The notes: a model not told the origin generated them from the sequence alone. Shown: positions 9,543 to 19,141, numbered from the stretch's first letter. The stretch is 64,000 nucleotides of DNA from Cytophagales bacterium (GCA_019456305.1 VRUD01000008.1:11222-75221); one strand, 5' to 3'. Program-made: numbers and translations.

Positions 9543-11585
9543 ATGAAAAGTTTATGGAATAATAATCAGGCAAAGAAGCTTGCTGATGACCCTCTGAAAC
9601 TACGGGTATACACCTCTCAACTTTTAGGACAGGAACCAGACCTGGTACTGCACGGTGGAGGCAATACCTCGGTAAAGGCAGAAGCTACTAACTTATTCGG
9701 GAAAACAGAACAGATCTTATACGTCAAAGGCAGCGGCTGGGACCTGGCAACCATTGAAGCAGCCGGATTTGCCCCAGTCAAATTAGACGTATTAAAGCAA
9801 ATGGCTGCATTAGACAAATTGAGCGATACAGAGATGGTCAGCGTACAAAGATCAGCAATGACCGATCCCAGCGCTCCCAATCCCTCGGTGGAAGCCATTT
9901 TACATGCGATCATTCCTTTCAAATATGTAGATCACACGCACGCTGATGCCGTGGTCACCATCACCAATACAGAAAAAGGGGAAGAGCGGATCAGGGAGAT
10001 CTACGGCAATCGTGTGCTCATTGTCCCTTACGTGATGCCGGGGTTTATTCTTGCTAAAAAAGTCTATGAAATGACACGGGATATAGACTGGAAGCAAATT
10101 GAAGGGATCATTTTAATGAATCATGGCGTCTTTACCTTTGACGACAATGCCAAAAGCAGTTATGAAAAGATGATCCGGATAGTTACAGAGGCAGAGGGTT
10201 ATCTAAAATTGAAAATGGAAAATGGAAAGTGGAAAATGGGAAAAAAAGCCCATGTAATAGCCTCGTCTCAAATTTCCGGGCGAATAAATTTTTTGGAATT
10301 AGCTCGTATTCGTCAAGCCGTTTCCAAAACTAAAGGAACAGCCATGATTGCCAGGTTAGATGATGAGCCGGAATCGCTTAGCTTTGCCAATTTGCCTGAT
10401 GCTGCTTCCATTGCTGTCCGCGGGCCATTAACGCCAGACCATGTGATCCGCACCAAACGCATTCCTGTAATTTTGACCACAGATTACGCAGATTACCACC
10501 GAGAAATCGGGGCAGGCACAGATTTAGAAAATGATATCAGTAGTTATTCTAAGGCATACCGCAAATATTTTGATCGTCACACTAATGGTAAACTTACTTG
10601 TTTGGATCCGGCACCCCGTTGGGCAGTTTGGCCGGGACGTGGCACCATCACGTTTGGCAGCAGTGTAAAAGAATCTGAAATTATAGCTGACATCAAAAGA
10701 CATACTATTCTGGCTATCCGGAGTGGAGAAGCGCTGGAAGGCTGGAAAGCATTACCGGAGAAAGATATCTTTGATATAGAATATTGGGAACTGGAACAGG
10801 CGAAACTCCGCAAAGGTGGGTTACCTCTCCCTTTACAAGGTAAAATCGCATTGGTTACAGGTGCGGCCAGTGGAATCGGACGCGCTTGTGTAGAATCTTT
10901 ACATGCGCAAGGTGCAGCCGTAGCAGCGCTCGATATTAATCCTAAAATAACAGGTCTGTTCAATCAAAAGGATATTGTGGAATTAGCTTGCGATATTACC
11001 GATCAGAAAAAAGTCAGGAAATCTGTTGAAGCAACCATTCGTCAGTTTGGCGGCCTGGATATACTGATCAGCAATGCCGGTATATTCCCTGCCAGTAAAG
11101 ATATTGCAGATATGGATGCGGAAAGGTGGGATCAAAGTATTGCAATAAATTTGACGAGTCATCAACGCATGTTACAAGCTTGTATTCCTTATCTCAAACA
11201 GGGCATAACGCCTGCTGTGGTTATCATCGCTTCCAAGAATGTAGCAGCGCCCGGTCCCGGGGCTTCGGCTTATTCTGTTGCCAAAGCAGGACTAACTCAA
11301 TTGGCTCGTGTCGCTGCTTTAGAGCTGGCAGCTTCCGGAATACGCGTCAATGTGATCCACCCCAATGCTGTGTTTGACACAGCAATATGGACGGAGGAGG
11401 TGTTAAAGAGCCGGGCTAAACAATATGGAATGAGTGTGGAACAATATAGAAAAGATAACCTGTTAAAAACAGAGGTAACATCAAAAGATGTTGCAGCGCT
11501 AACTTGCGCTATGGTTGGACCCATATTTGGAAAAACTACAGGCGCTCAGATTCCTGTGGATGGGGGGAATGTGAGGGTGATATGA
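9543..11585 (+). CDS. Bifunctional class II aldolase / short-chain dehydrogenase (rhamnulose-1-phosphate aldolase/SDR-like)
   Basis: GGGNTSVK, PSVEAILH, DHTHAD, NHG, TPDHVIRTK; SDR TGAASGIG and YSVAK; in-frame GTG start at 9537 is also possible. Confidence 0.9.
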   Translation: MKSLWNNNQAKKLADDPLKLRVYTSQLLGQEPDLVLHGGGNTSVKAEATNLFGKTEQILYVKGSGWDLATIEAAGFAPVKLDVLKQMAALDKLSDTEMVSVQRSAMTDPSAPNPSVEAILHAIIPFKYVDHTHADAVVTITNTEKGEERIREIYGNRVLIVPYVMPGFILAKKVYEMTRDIDWKQIEGIILMNHGVFTFDDNAKSSYEKMIRIVTEAEGYLKLKMENGKWKMGKKAHVIASSQISGRINFLELARIRQAVSKTKGTAMIARLDDEPESLSFANLPDAASIAVRGPLTPDHVIRTKRIPVILTTDYADYHREIGAGTDLENDISSYSKAYRKYFDRHTNGKLTCLDPAPRWAVWPGRGTITFGSSVKESEIIADIKRHTILAIRSGEALEGWKALPEKDIFDIEYWELEQAKLRKGGLPLPLQGKIALVTGAASGIGRACVESLHAQGAAVAALDINPKITGLFNQKDIVELACDITDQKKVRKSVEATIRQFGGLDILISNAGIFPASKDIADMDAERWDQSIAINLTSHQRMLQACIPYLKQGITPAVVIIASKNVAAPGPGASAYSVAKAGLTQLARVAALELAASGIRVNVIHPNAVFDTAIWTEEVLKSRAKQYGMSVEQYRKDNLLKTEVTSKDVAALTCAMVGPIFGKTTGAQIPVDGGNVRVI

Positions 11586-11587
11586 GG

Positions 11588-11652
11588 ATTAAGAGATGCC
11601 TAAATGTAGAGACGCCCAAATTGGGCGTCTCTACATTTAGGCATCTCTTAAT
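11588..11652. repeat. 65-bp near-perfect hairpin with a GTAG-type REP core between convergent genes; may act as a terminator
   Basis: ATTAAGAGATGCCTAAAT-GTAGAGACGCCCAAATTGGGCGTCTCTAC-ATTTAGGCATCTCTTAAT. Confidence 0.9.
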
Positions 11653-13576
11653 TACAATACTGCTTGATCAGATCATACGCCTTTAAATAACCAAGCTTTT
11701 CAGCTTTACTCAAGTCTAAGCAAGCGCCTCTTTTATCACCTGAACCATATCTGGCCAGGCCCCTGGAGATATACGCTTCTGCAAAACCAGGCTTTAGCTC
11801 TATCGCCTTGTTACTATCTTGTATAGCTCCTTTGCTATCCCCTATAATGGCTTTGGCAAGGCTTCTTTTGATATAAGCCATAGCAAACTTAGGATTCAGC
11901 TCAATGGCTTCATTGTATTCAAGTATTGCGCCCCTGTAATCGAGCAGATCAGTTCTGGCAATTCCCCTGTTATAAGCATTTGCACTGCCTTTGTTGGTAT
12001 AATACCGGGCATCATAGGGTTTTTGTAATTCTATGGCCTTATTATGATCCTGGATCGCTCCTTTATAGTCACCCAACTTATGCCTGGCGCCTCCGCGGCT
12101 CAAAAATGCCCCCGCATCATCGGGTTTCAACTTAATAACCTTGTTGTAATCTTTAATAGCATCTCTGTGATCTCCTAATCCTTCTTTCACATCACCTCTT
12201 TTAAGATAGGCATCGGCATAATCAGGATCTAATTCTATTGCTTTATTATAATCCCTTATTGCTCCTTTGAAATCTTTTAACTCGGCTTTAGTCAAGCCGC
12301 TGCTATAATAAGCTTCGGCATAATCGGGTTTTAACTTTATGGCCTTATTATAATCTTCTATAGCTCCTGCTTCATCCCCTAAATTATGCTTAGCTCCACC
12401 TCTGCTCAAATAAGCGCCCGGATCATCTGGTTTTAATACTATAACCCTATTGTTATCCTGTATTGCTCCCTGGTAATCCCCTGATTTATATTTAGCGTTT
12501 CCTCTCATAGAAAAAGCCCGGGCATCGTCAGGTTTTAGCTTTATGATCTTATTGTAATCCTTTATAGCGCCTTTGTAATCTCCTGATTTTTCTTTAACTG
12601 CACCCCTGTTTAGATAGGCCTCAGCATTATCACGGTTTAGCTCTATGGCTTTATTGTAATCCTGTATTGCCCCTTTATTATCAAGGAGTTTGGCTTTAGC
12701 AAGTCCGCTGTTATAATAAGCATCAGCATTACCGGGGTTTAACTCTATTGCTTTACTAAAATCCTGTATGGCGCCTTCATAATCTCCCAATTTATTTTTT
12801 GCAAGACCACTATTATGATAGGCTTTATCATTATCAGGATACAACTCCATGGCTTTACTGAAATCCCGGATGGCATCTTTGTAATCCCCGCTGCCATATT
12901 TTATCTCAGCGCCTACCTGCACAGCCAGGTAATTCAAAACTTTTTCCTCAAGGCTGCTGATATAGGCTTGTTTTTGGCTGAGCACAGCCAATGCGGCAAC
13001 TACAGGAGTTGCAAAAACCACCTCTGCAAAATCTTTATTCTTTCGATTCGCATCATGCTTAAAGACAGGGTCATCCCAGCCATCAAGCGCCCCTGGCTGA
13101 TATTTTTGCCCCGTAATTGATTCTAACCAGGTTAAGTGTGCATCCAGGTCCTTTTTAAGCTCATAACCATGCCCATTCTTTGTTTTTCCAACCATAATAT
13201 TGAATACCTGCTCTTCTTGCGCTTTTTTTATAATATTTCCGTGCCGGTCAATGCCTCCGCATGCTTCAATAAGCTCTTGCTTCCATTTCTCGATTTCCAG
13301 CGCCAGGTCCATGCTTTTTTGCCGGACATTTTTTGCCTCGTTCAGCACATTCAGGTCAACTCTTTTACTGCCTCCCTTTTCAACCGCAGCCTGAATTTTG
13401 TAAAACAGCATAATATTATCATTAACCGACCCCTGATAAGCTTGTTCAAGTCCATAATTAAGATAAACAAATTTGTCAAGAATGTTTTTATGATCCCCTA
13501 CTTTGTTCACACTACATCCATAAAACAAAGCCAATGAACATGTTAAAAAAAATGATATTTTCTTTATTGAATTCAT
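11648..13576 (-). CDS. Lipoprotein with GldM/PorM N-terminal-like domain fused to many TPR repeats
   Basis: Lipobox LFYGC; DFAEVVFATPVVAALAVLSQKQ...LNYLAVQVGA; repeated AY.NRG..K..LGDY.GAI.DY.KAI.L.P. Confidence 0.75.
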   Translation of the reverse strand: MNSIKKISFFLTCSLALFYGCSVNKVGDHKNILDKFVYLNYGLEQAYQGSVNDNIMLFYKIQAAVEKGGSKRVDLNVLNEAKNVRQKSMDLALEIEKWKQELIEACGGIDRHGNIIKKAQEEQVFNIMVGKTKNGHGYELKKDLDAHLTWLESITGQKYQPGALDGWDDPVFKHDANRKNKDFAEVVFATPVVAALAVLSQKQAYISSLEEKVLNYLAVQVGAEIKYGSGDYKDAIRDFSKAMELYPDNDKAYHNSGLAKNKLGDYEGAIQDFSKAIELNPGNADAYYNSGLAKAKLLDNKGAIQDYNKAIELNRDNAEAYLNRGAVKEKSGDYKGAIKDYNKIIKLKPDDARAFSMRGNAKYKSGDYQGAIQDNNRVIVLKPDDPGAYLSRGGAKHNLGDEAGAIEDYNKAIKLKPDYAEAYYSSGLTKAELKDFKGAIRDYNKAIELDPDYADAYLKRGDVKEGLGDHRDAIKDYNKVIKLKPDDAGAFLSRGGARHKLGDYKGAIQDHNKAIELQKPYDARYYTNKGSANAYNRGIARTDLLDYRGAILEYNEAIELNPKFAMAYIKRSLAKAIIGDSKGAIQDSNKAIELKPGFAEAYISRGLARYGSGDKRGACLDLSKAEKLGYLKAYDLIKQYCN

Positions 13577-13578
13577 AA

Positions 13579-14004
13579 TTATTTAAAATCCAGGAGCTCC
13601 ACTTCAAAGGCTAAGGTTGCATTTGGAGGTATAACATATATGTTATCTTCATAGGGATCCGGTACTCCTTTTTTACCATAACCTAATTCCGGTGGTATGA
13701 TCAGGATCCCTTTTTCTCCTTTACTCATTAAGGCAAAGCCTTCATCCCAGCCTTTAATTACTTCACCGGCACCGAGCTTGAATTTAAAAGGTTTCCCTTG
13801 ATCTGCAGTTGAATCAAATATGTCCCCATTTTTAAGCTTGCCTGTATAGTTTACCTTGATCTTACTGCCCTTCATTGGCTTTTCACCGTTGCCAGGCTTT
13901 ATTTGGACGTATTTCAGTCCGCTTTTGGTAACTATCGTGTCTGATTGAGCATTCAGATCAAACATGAATAAAAGATAACATATAAAGAAAAAGATTTGTT
14001 TCAT
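13579..14004 (-). CDS. FKBP-type peptidyl-prolyl isomerase, exported
   Basis: VNYTGKL..G..FDS, VIKGWDEG, IPPELGYG, IPPNATLAFEVEL. Confidence 0.95.
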   Translation of the reverse strand: MKQIFFFICYLLFMFDLNAQSDTIVTKSGLKYVQIKPGNGEKPMKGSKIKVNYTGKLKNGDIFDSTADQGKPFKFKLGAGEVIKGWDEGFALMSKGEKGILIIPPELGYGKKGVPDPYEDNIYVIPPNATLAFEVELLDFK

Positions 14005-14020
14005 GACTGTATACGAATAT

Positions 14021-14056
14021 CCGATGCTAATCCCGAGTACTCGGGATTGGCATCGG
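14021..14056. repeat. Palindrome with CCCGAGTACTCGGG core
   Basis: CCGATGCTAATCCCGAGTACTCGGGATTGGCATCGG. Confidence 0.88.
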
Positions 14057-14068
14057 GTACATTAAACT

Positions 14069-14263
14069 TCACCTTAATATCATTTTTATGATAAAAAAGA
14101 CCATGCCTAAAATAAAAACAACGATGGCGATCCTGTTGATACCATGCATCATCCTAATATATATGCTGGATGGGTATTTACCCGTTTTGTCTTTTTGAAA
14201 GACACGGATGAAATAAGTAAAAAGTTCCCGGAATTGAAAAATATTACGCATAATTTCAATCAT
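14069..14263 (-). CDS. Small conserved Bacteroidota membrane protein (DUF6728-like)
   Basis: MMHGINRIAI motif followed by a TM segment. Confidence 0.65.
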   Translation of the reverse strand: MIEIMRNIFQFRELFTYFIRVFQKDKTGKYPSSIYIRMMHGINRIAIVVFILGMVFFIIKMILR

Positions 14264-14264
14264 A

Positions 14265-14366
14265 TTAATCTTTCTTTACATTTGGCTTAAAAGGATAAAG
14301 CACAAATACAGTAAGAGCGATTGAAAAAAGTATTCCAATTATAATTACACCTATTATTTCAATCAT
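14265..14366 (-). CDS. Putative 33-aa single-TM microprotein
   Basis: Manual translation MIEIIGVIIIGILFSIALTVFVLYPFKPNVKKD. Confidence 0.4.
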   Translation of the reverse strand: MIEIIGVIIIGILFSIALTVFVLYPFKPNVKKD

Positions 14367-14395
14367 TCTCTTCAATAAAATTCATACTTTTAAAA

Positions 14396-14478
14396 AATTG
14401 ACAGTTGACCGTAGACTATTGACAATTTAGTTGGCAGCAGCTAATTTTTACCTACTGTCAATTATCAACTGTCAACTT
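14396..14478. repeat. Inverted TTGACAG/CTGTCAA heptamer arms
   Basis: aattgacagttgaccgtagactattgacaa ... actgtcaattatcaactgtcaact. Confidence 0.75.
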
Positions 14479-14479
14479 C

Positions 14480-16621
14480 TTAAAAGGGTTCCACCCAATT
14501 CCCATCTTCTTTGATCAAGGTAATCAACTCATCTACAGCATTTTCAGTAGGAATGCTCCGTTTCACCACCTCTTTACCCCGGTATAAAGTAATTTTGTCT
14601 TTTCCTGAACCTACATAGCCATAATCAGCATCTGCCATTTCACCCGGCCCGTTTACAATACATCCCATAATTCCGATCTTTACGCCTTTTAAGTGATTGG
14701 TTCGTAAGCGGATCATAGCAGTTACTTCCTGAAGATCAAACAATGTTCTGCCGCAAGACGGGCATGAAATATATTCCGGCTTTGATATCCTGGTTCTGGC
14801 AGCTTGCAGGATGCCAAATGAAATTTTGTTATTTTTTTCTATTTCTAGTAGTGGAGGGGCATACTCGTCCGCTACAACCCACACCCCATCTCCCAATCCA
14901 TCAATCAATAATCCGCCAATATCAGTTGCTGCATAAAGAAGTAATTGCTCATCATTCTCATCAGCATATTTTCTCAAGATTATTACAGGCGCTTTAATAT
15001 CATTGTTCATGAGTTGAAAAAACGCTTCTCTTTGCTCAAGCATTGCATGTACTTCATCAGTATCCAGTACTATTACAGCAGTTCTATCAAATTTTATATT
15101 TAAAAGCAGATCAGCATCCAGGTCATCAATTTTAATTCTTATAAAATTTAATTTAGGATGCCTGCTTATCAGGTTTGTTTTCAAATACTGATCAACTATG
15201 AATAATGGATAAATATTTGTTTTATCATCAACAGAAAGCCATGTACTATAATTCAAAATTTCTTTTAACCCAGCGGGCAGCATAATGGGGATTTTCTTAT
15301 TCCCTGAATATATATAATCACACCCAATATCACCCGCAAGCCACTTATCCGCCTCAAAAGAATAAGTATAGCCTGCGTTTTCCAAATCAGAATATTCAAT
15401 ATTTTCAACCATGCTAAAATCAGCAACAACTACAGGGACATTACCGCCTCCAATGTTCAACACTTTATTAGCGTCTCTCCTGGAATATTCAAAGGGATTG
15501 AGCAGATTGTACCTGCCTGACGTTCCGCCTTTGGCGGGATGATCAGCATAGGCAGGGATTTCCCCGAGTACCTGGGGTGGTTTGCCCCGAGTATTTGGAG
15601 TGAATTGCGCCATGTTCTTTGCCTGTCCGCCCTCCTGTCTGGCGGGCAGGCCACTTTGTTTTGGCAGGCGGACGCTATGAGCTATGCGATTTGACAGCAT
15701 TTTGGCAACTGGGATTTCCTCCTCAGGCTCTTCGGTCAGAGATACCCTTATCGTGTCTCCCAAACCATCCTCTAACAATGTACCAATCCCTACTGCCGAT
15801 TTTATTCTACCATCTTCCCCTTCTCCAGCTTCAGTAACGCCAAGGTGTAAAGGATATGGTTTAAACCTTTCCTCATCGAGCTTTTTTACCAAAAGCCTGT
15901 ATGCCTGCACCATTACGATGGGATTGCTCGCTTTCATTGAAAGCACTATATCATGATAATCGAGATCCTCGCAAATTCTTACAAATTCTAAAGCTGATTC
16001 AACCATTCCCAATGGAGTATCTCCATACCGGCTCATGATCCTGTCAGAAAGCGAACCGTGGTTTGTTCCAATTCTCATCGCAGTTCCATGTTTCTTGCAA
16101 ATTTTAACTAATGGTGAAAACCGTTCCCTGATCCTTTCCAGTTCAGCCTGGTATGAATCATCACTATATTCTATATTCTCAAACTTCTTTTTATCTGCAT
16201 AATTTCCAGGGTTAACCCTCACTTTTTCAACTATTCCTGCCGCCAGTTCTGCAACGTTTGGCGTGAAATGAATATCAGCGATCAAGGGAACTTTATATCC
16301 TCTTTTATGCAGCTCTTTTTTAATATTTTCCAGGTTCTTTGCTTCATTCAGGCTGGGGGCTGTTATACGCACATATTCGCATCCTGCCTCAACCATCCTG
16401 ATCGCTTGCTCCACGGTGCCAATCGTATCCATCGTGTCTGTGATCGTCATGGATTGTGCGCGAATGGGATTCTCTGCTCCTAATGGAACATCTCCTATAA
16501 ATACCTCCCTTGTTTTTCTTCTGGAATAACGGATTACGGATTGTCCAGGGTACTCGGGATGGATCTCGGATTTTGGAGTTTGATTATTTTTTACTGGGGC
16601 TTCTGTTATAGTATCTAGCAT
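14480..16621 (-). CDS. ispG: (E)-4-hydroxy-3-methylbut-2-enyl-diphosphate synthase with repeat-derived insertions
   Basis: QSMT, IADIHF, RVNPGN, RIGTNHGSLS, HLGVTEAG, SCPSCGR, IMGCIVNGPGE. Confidence 0.97.
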   Translation of the reverse strand: MLDTITEAPVKNNQTPKSEIHPEYPGQSVIRYSRRKTREVFIGDVPLGAENPIRAQSMTITDTMDTIGTVEQAIRMVEAGCEYVRITAPSLNEAKNLENIKKELHKRGYKVPLIADIHFTPNVAELAAGIVEKVRVNPGNYADKKKFENIEYSDDSYQAELERIRERFSPLVKICKKHGTAMRIGTNHGSLSDRIMSRYGDTPLGMVESALEFVRICEDLDYHDIVLSMKASNPIVMVQAYRLLVKKLDEERFKPYPLHLGVTEAGEGEDGRIKSAVGIGTLLEDGLGDTIRVSLTEEPEEEIPVAKMLSNRIAHSVRLPKQSGLPARQEGGQAKNMAQFTPNTRGKPPQVLGEIPAYADHPAKGGTSGRYNLLNPFEYSRRDANKVLNIGGGNVPVVVADFSMVENIEYSDLENAGYTYSFEADKWLAGDIGCDYIYSGNKKIPIMLPAGLKEILNYSTWLSVDDKTNIYPLFIVDQYLKTNLISRHPKLNFIRIKIDDLDADLLLNIKFDRTAVIVLDTDEVHAMLEQREAFFQLMNNDIKAPVIILRKYADENDEQLLLYAATDIGGLLIDGLGDGVWVVADEYAPPLLEIEKNNKISFGILQAARTRISKPEYISCPSCGRTLFDLQEVTAMIRLRTNHLKGVKIGIMGCIVNGPGEMADADYGYVGSGKDKITLYRGKEVVKRSIPTENAVDELITLIKEDGNWVEPF

Positions 16622-16729
16622 ATTATATTTAAAAATGAATTATATTAGAATTGCAAAGGTAACAAAAATATTTGTATTAATTAAAATTATTTTTGTGTAC
16701 ATTTGTAAAAAATAAACAACTATTATAAG

Positions 16730-17548
16730 ATGCAAATTAGTGAAATAAAACAGATCATTAAACGTGAGCTTCCTGCTATAATAAAAAAGGATCTCAAAAT
16801 GAGAGATTGGGTGTTGGATATTGGCAAAACCCATTTTCCTGATAAAAAAGAAACAGAAAGCAAGTTTGATAGAATTCTGAAAGAAATACAACAAGATAGA
16901 ATTGAACAAAGCAAGAAATGGGAAAAACAAAACAAGAAATGGGATGAACAAGATAAGAAATGGGAAAAACAAAACAAGAAATGGGATGGACAAGATAAGA
17001 AATGGGAAAAACAAAACAAGAAATGGGATGGACAAAACAAGAAATGGGAAAAACAAGATAAAAAATGGGAAAAAAATCATGCAGAAATAAGAAAGCTTGG
17101 AGTTAGTATAGATAAAACATTACTACGGCTTGAAACAATGGATAAAAGACATGTATCTTCAATAGGCGCTTTAGGCGCCCGTTGGGGATTAAATACAGAG
17201 GCTACTTTCCGTAACGCAATAAAGGGGATACTTGAACCTCATTTCAATTTCGAAGTAACAAATATTCAGGATTACGATGAAGAAGGTGGTGTATTTGGCC
17301 ATCCTGAACAAATTGAATTGGATATTGCTATTTTTAACAAAACCACCTATTTAATTGAGATAAAATCCTCAATGAGTAGAGCTGACATGTATATTTTTAA
17401 TAAGAAGGCATCGTTTTATATAAAAAAACATAAAACAAAAAACACTAAGCTGATAGTCATTTCGCCAATGATTGATGATAAAGCAAAAAAAATGGCAAAA
17501 AAACTTAATATTACTGCGTACAGTCATTATTCTGATGTAGAATTATAA
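16730..17548 (+). CDS. DUF3782-like coiled-coil protein with C-terminal PD-(D/E)XK nuclease-like domain
   Basis: ALGARWGLNTEATFRNA, EQIELDI, IEIKSS motifs; heptad repeat tract. Confidence 0.75.
   Translation: MQISEIKQIIKRELPAIIKKDLKMRDWVLDIGKTHFPDKKETESKFDRILKEIQQDRIEQSKKWEKQNKKWDEQDKKWEKQNKKWDGQDKKWEKQNKKWDGQNKKWEKQDKKWEKNHAEIRKLGVSIDKTLLRLETMDKRHVSSIGALGARWGLNTEATFRNAIKGILEPHFNFEVTNIQDYDEEGGVFGHPEQIELDIAIFNKTTYLIEIKSSMSRADMYIFNKKASFYIKKHKTKNTKLIVISPMIDDKAKKMAKKLNITAYSHYSDVEL
16913..17080 (+). repeat. 8 x 21-bp coding tandem repeat (KKW[ED][KEG]Q[ND])
   Basis: AAGAAATGGGAAAAACAAAAC-like units at 21-bp period. Confidence 0.92.
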
Positions 17549-17574
17549 TATCGTAAATCTAAAATCGTCATTCG

Positions 17575-18297
17575 TCAATCAACAATATCCCCCCTCTGCG
17601 GCCTCATCAATATTTCTTCCACTACCGTATTTTTTGACAATGAATAAGCATTAAAAACCGCCTCTGCCACATCTTCAGCTTTCATCAATCTGTCAGACGA
17701 AACACTTTCCTCATCCCAGCTTGAAGTAAGCGTAGCGCCAGGCAACACTGCAGTGATCCTGATATTATATTCCTTCATTTCTTCCCTCAGCACTTTCGTC
17801 ATTCCATATAAAGCATATTTTGAAATACAGTATGCACCGCCATCAACATAAGGGGTGATGCTTGCCGTTGAGCAAATATTGAAAATATGACCGGATTTTC
17901 TTTTTATCATATCCCCTATCAATCCTCTTGTTAAATGATAGGCGCTGTACAAATTGGTGGAGATCATTTTTTCCAAAATACCTTCAACTTCATTATGCAC
18001 CTGGCCTGGTTCATAAATACCTACATTATTTACCAGGATATTTACCTGCCTTTTTAATTTTCTAATAAATTGAAGAAAACTGTTTACATCTTCTTTTTTA
18101 GACAAATCTGCACAAGCAGGCCAAAAGTTAACATCAGGATTTTTTGTAAAAAATTCCCGCCTAAGTTTTTCCAAATCCTTTTCTTTCCTTGAGCAGGTAA
18201 CAATATCAAAGCTATTTTGAGCAAATTTTTCAACAATTGCCCTGCCTATGCCTTTAGTGCCACCTGTAATCACTATCAATTTATTTGAGTTTTCCAT
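17575..18297 (-). CDS. SDR family oxidoreductase
   Basis: TGGTKGIG, NNVG, YCISK. Confidence 0.92.
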   Translation of the reverse strand: MENSNKLIVITGGTKGIGRAIVEKFAQNSFDIVTCSRKEKDLEKLRREFFTKNPDVNFWPACADLSKKEDVNSFLQFIRKLKRQVNILVNNVGIYEPGQVHNEVEGILEKMISTNLYSAYHLTRGLIGDMIKRKSGHIFNICSTASITPYVDGGAYCISKYALYGMTKVLREEMKEYNIRITAVLPGATLTSSWDEESVSSDRLMKAEDVAEAVFNAYSLSKNTVVEEILMRPQRGDIVD

Positions 18298-18380
18298 TTT
18301 AGTATTCTTAAAATTTTCGGTAATATATTATTTGTATATCAAAATAAATGGTTTTGATTTGTATTTTTGCAACTTACAAC

Positions 18381-19109
18381 ATGAAACGTCTCGGCAAATA
18401 CTTCATATTCATCAGCAGCTTATTCACCAACAGGGAGCCGTTTAGGGTCTATATCAAGCTAACAATGGAAGAATGTATTCTAATTGGCATAGACTCCCTG
18501 GTAATTACTATGATCGTTGCTACCTTTATCGGGGCTGTAACTGCTGTTCAAACCGCATACAATTTAGTAAGTCCGCTTATTCCTTTGTATATAATTGGAA
18601 CTATCGTCAGGGACATGACGCTGCTGGAGTTAGCCCCCACTATAACAGCAATAGTTTTATCCGGCAAGGTAGGCTCCAATATTGCAGGTACTCTCGGGAC
18701 AATGCGTATAACCGAACAAATTGATGCACTGGAAATAATGGGCATTAATTCTGCCTCTTACCTGGTGCTACCCAAGATCATCGCTGCCTTGATCGTATTT
18801 CCTCTCCTGGTAATTGTAGCCATGTTCCTGGGAATGCTTGGTGGATATTTAGCTGGCGTTCTTACAGGAGTATTAACCGAAAATGAGTATATCTACGGCA
18901 TACGCTACGAGTTCGTGCCCTTTAATATTACCTTTGCAATCATCAAATCATTGGTTTTTGCATTTTTAATATCGTCTATCTCTTCATTTCAGGGTTATTT
19001 TACAAGAGGCGGGGCTTTAGAAGTAGGTAAATCAAGCACCAATGCCGTGACGACTAGTTGTATTGCTGTGTTGCTGGCAGATTATTTGTTAGCGCAACTG
19101 CTACTTTAG
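18381..19109 (+). CDS. mlaE: MlaE-family ABC transporter permease
   Basis: ELAP, GKVGSNIAGTLGTMRITEQIDALEIMG, GGALEVGKSST; start at ATG 18381. Confidence 0.88.
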   Translation: MKRLGKYFIFISSLFTNREPFRVYIKLTMEECILIGIDSLVITMIVATFIGAVTAVQTAYNLVSPLIPLYIIGTIVRDMTLLELAPTITAIVLSGKVGSNIAGTLGTMRITEQIDALEIMGINSASYLVLPKIIAALIVFPLLVIVAMFLGMLGGYLAGVLTGVLTENEYIYGIRYEFVPFNITFAIIKSLVFAFLISSISSFQGYFTRGGALEVGKSSTNAVTTSCIAVLLADYLLAQLLL

Positions 19110-19141
19110 AACATAATTTCATAAATAGATTAAAAAAGAAG

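Noticed and set aside
16640..17090. Overlapping ORFs 16640-17080, 16723-17040 and 16902-17090
   Set aside because: Shadow frames of the 21-bp coding repeat in the 16730-17548 gene.
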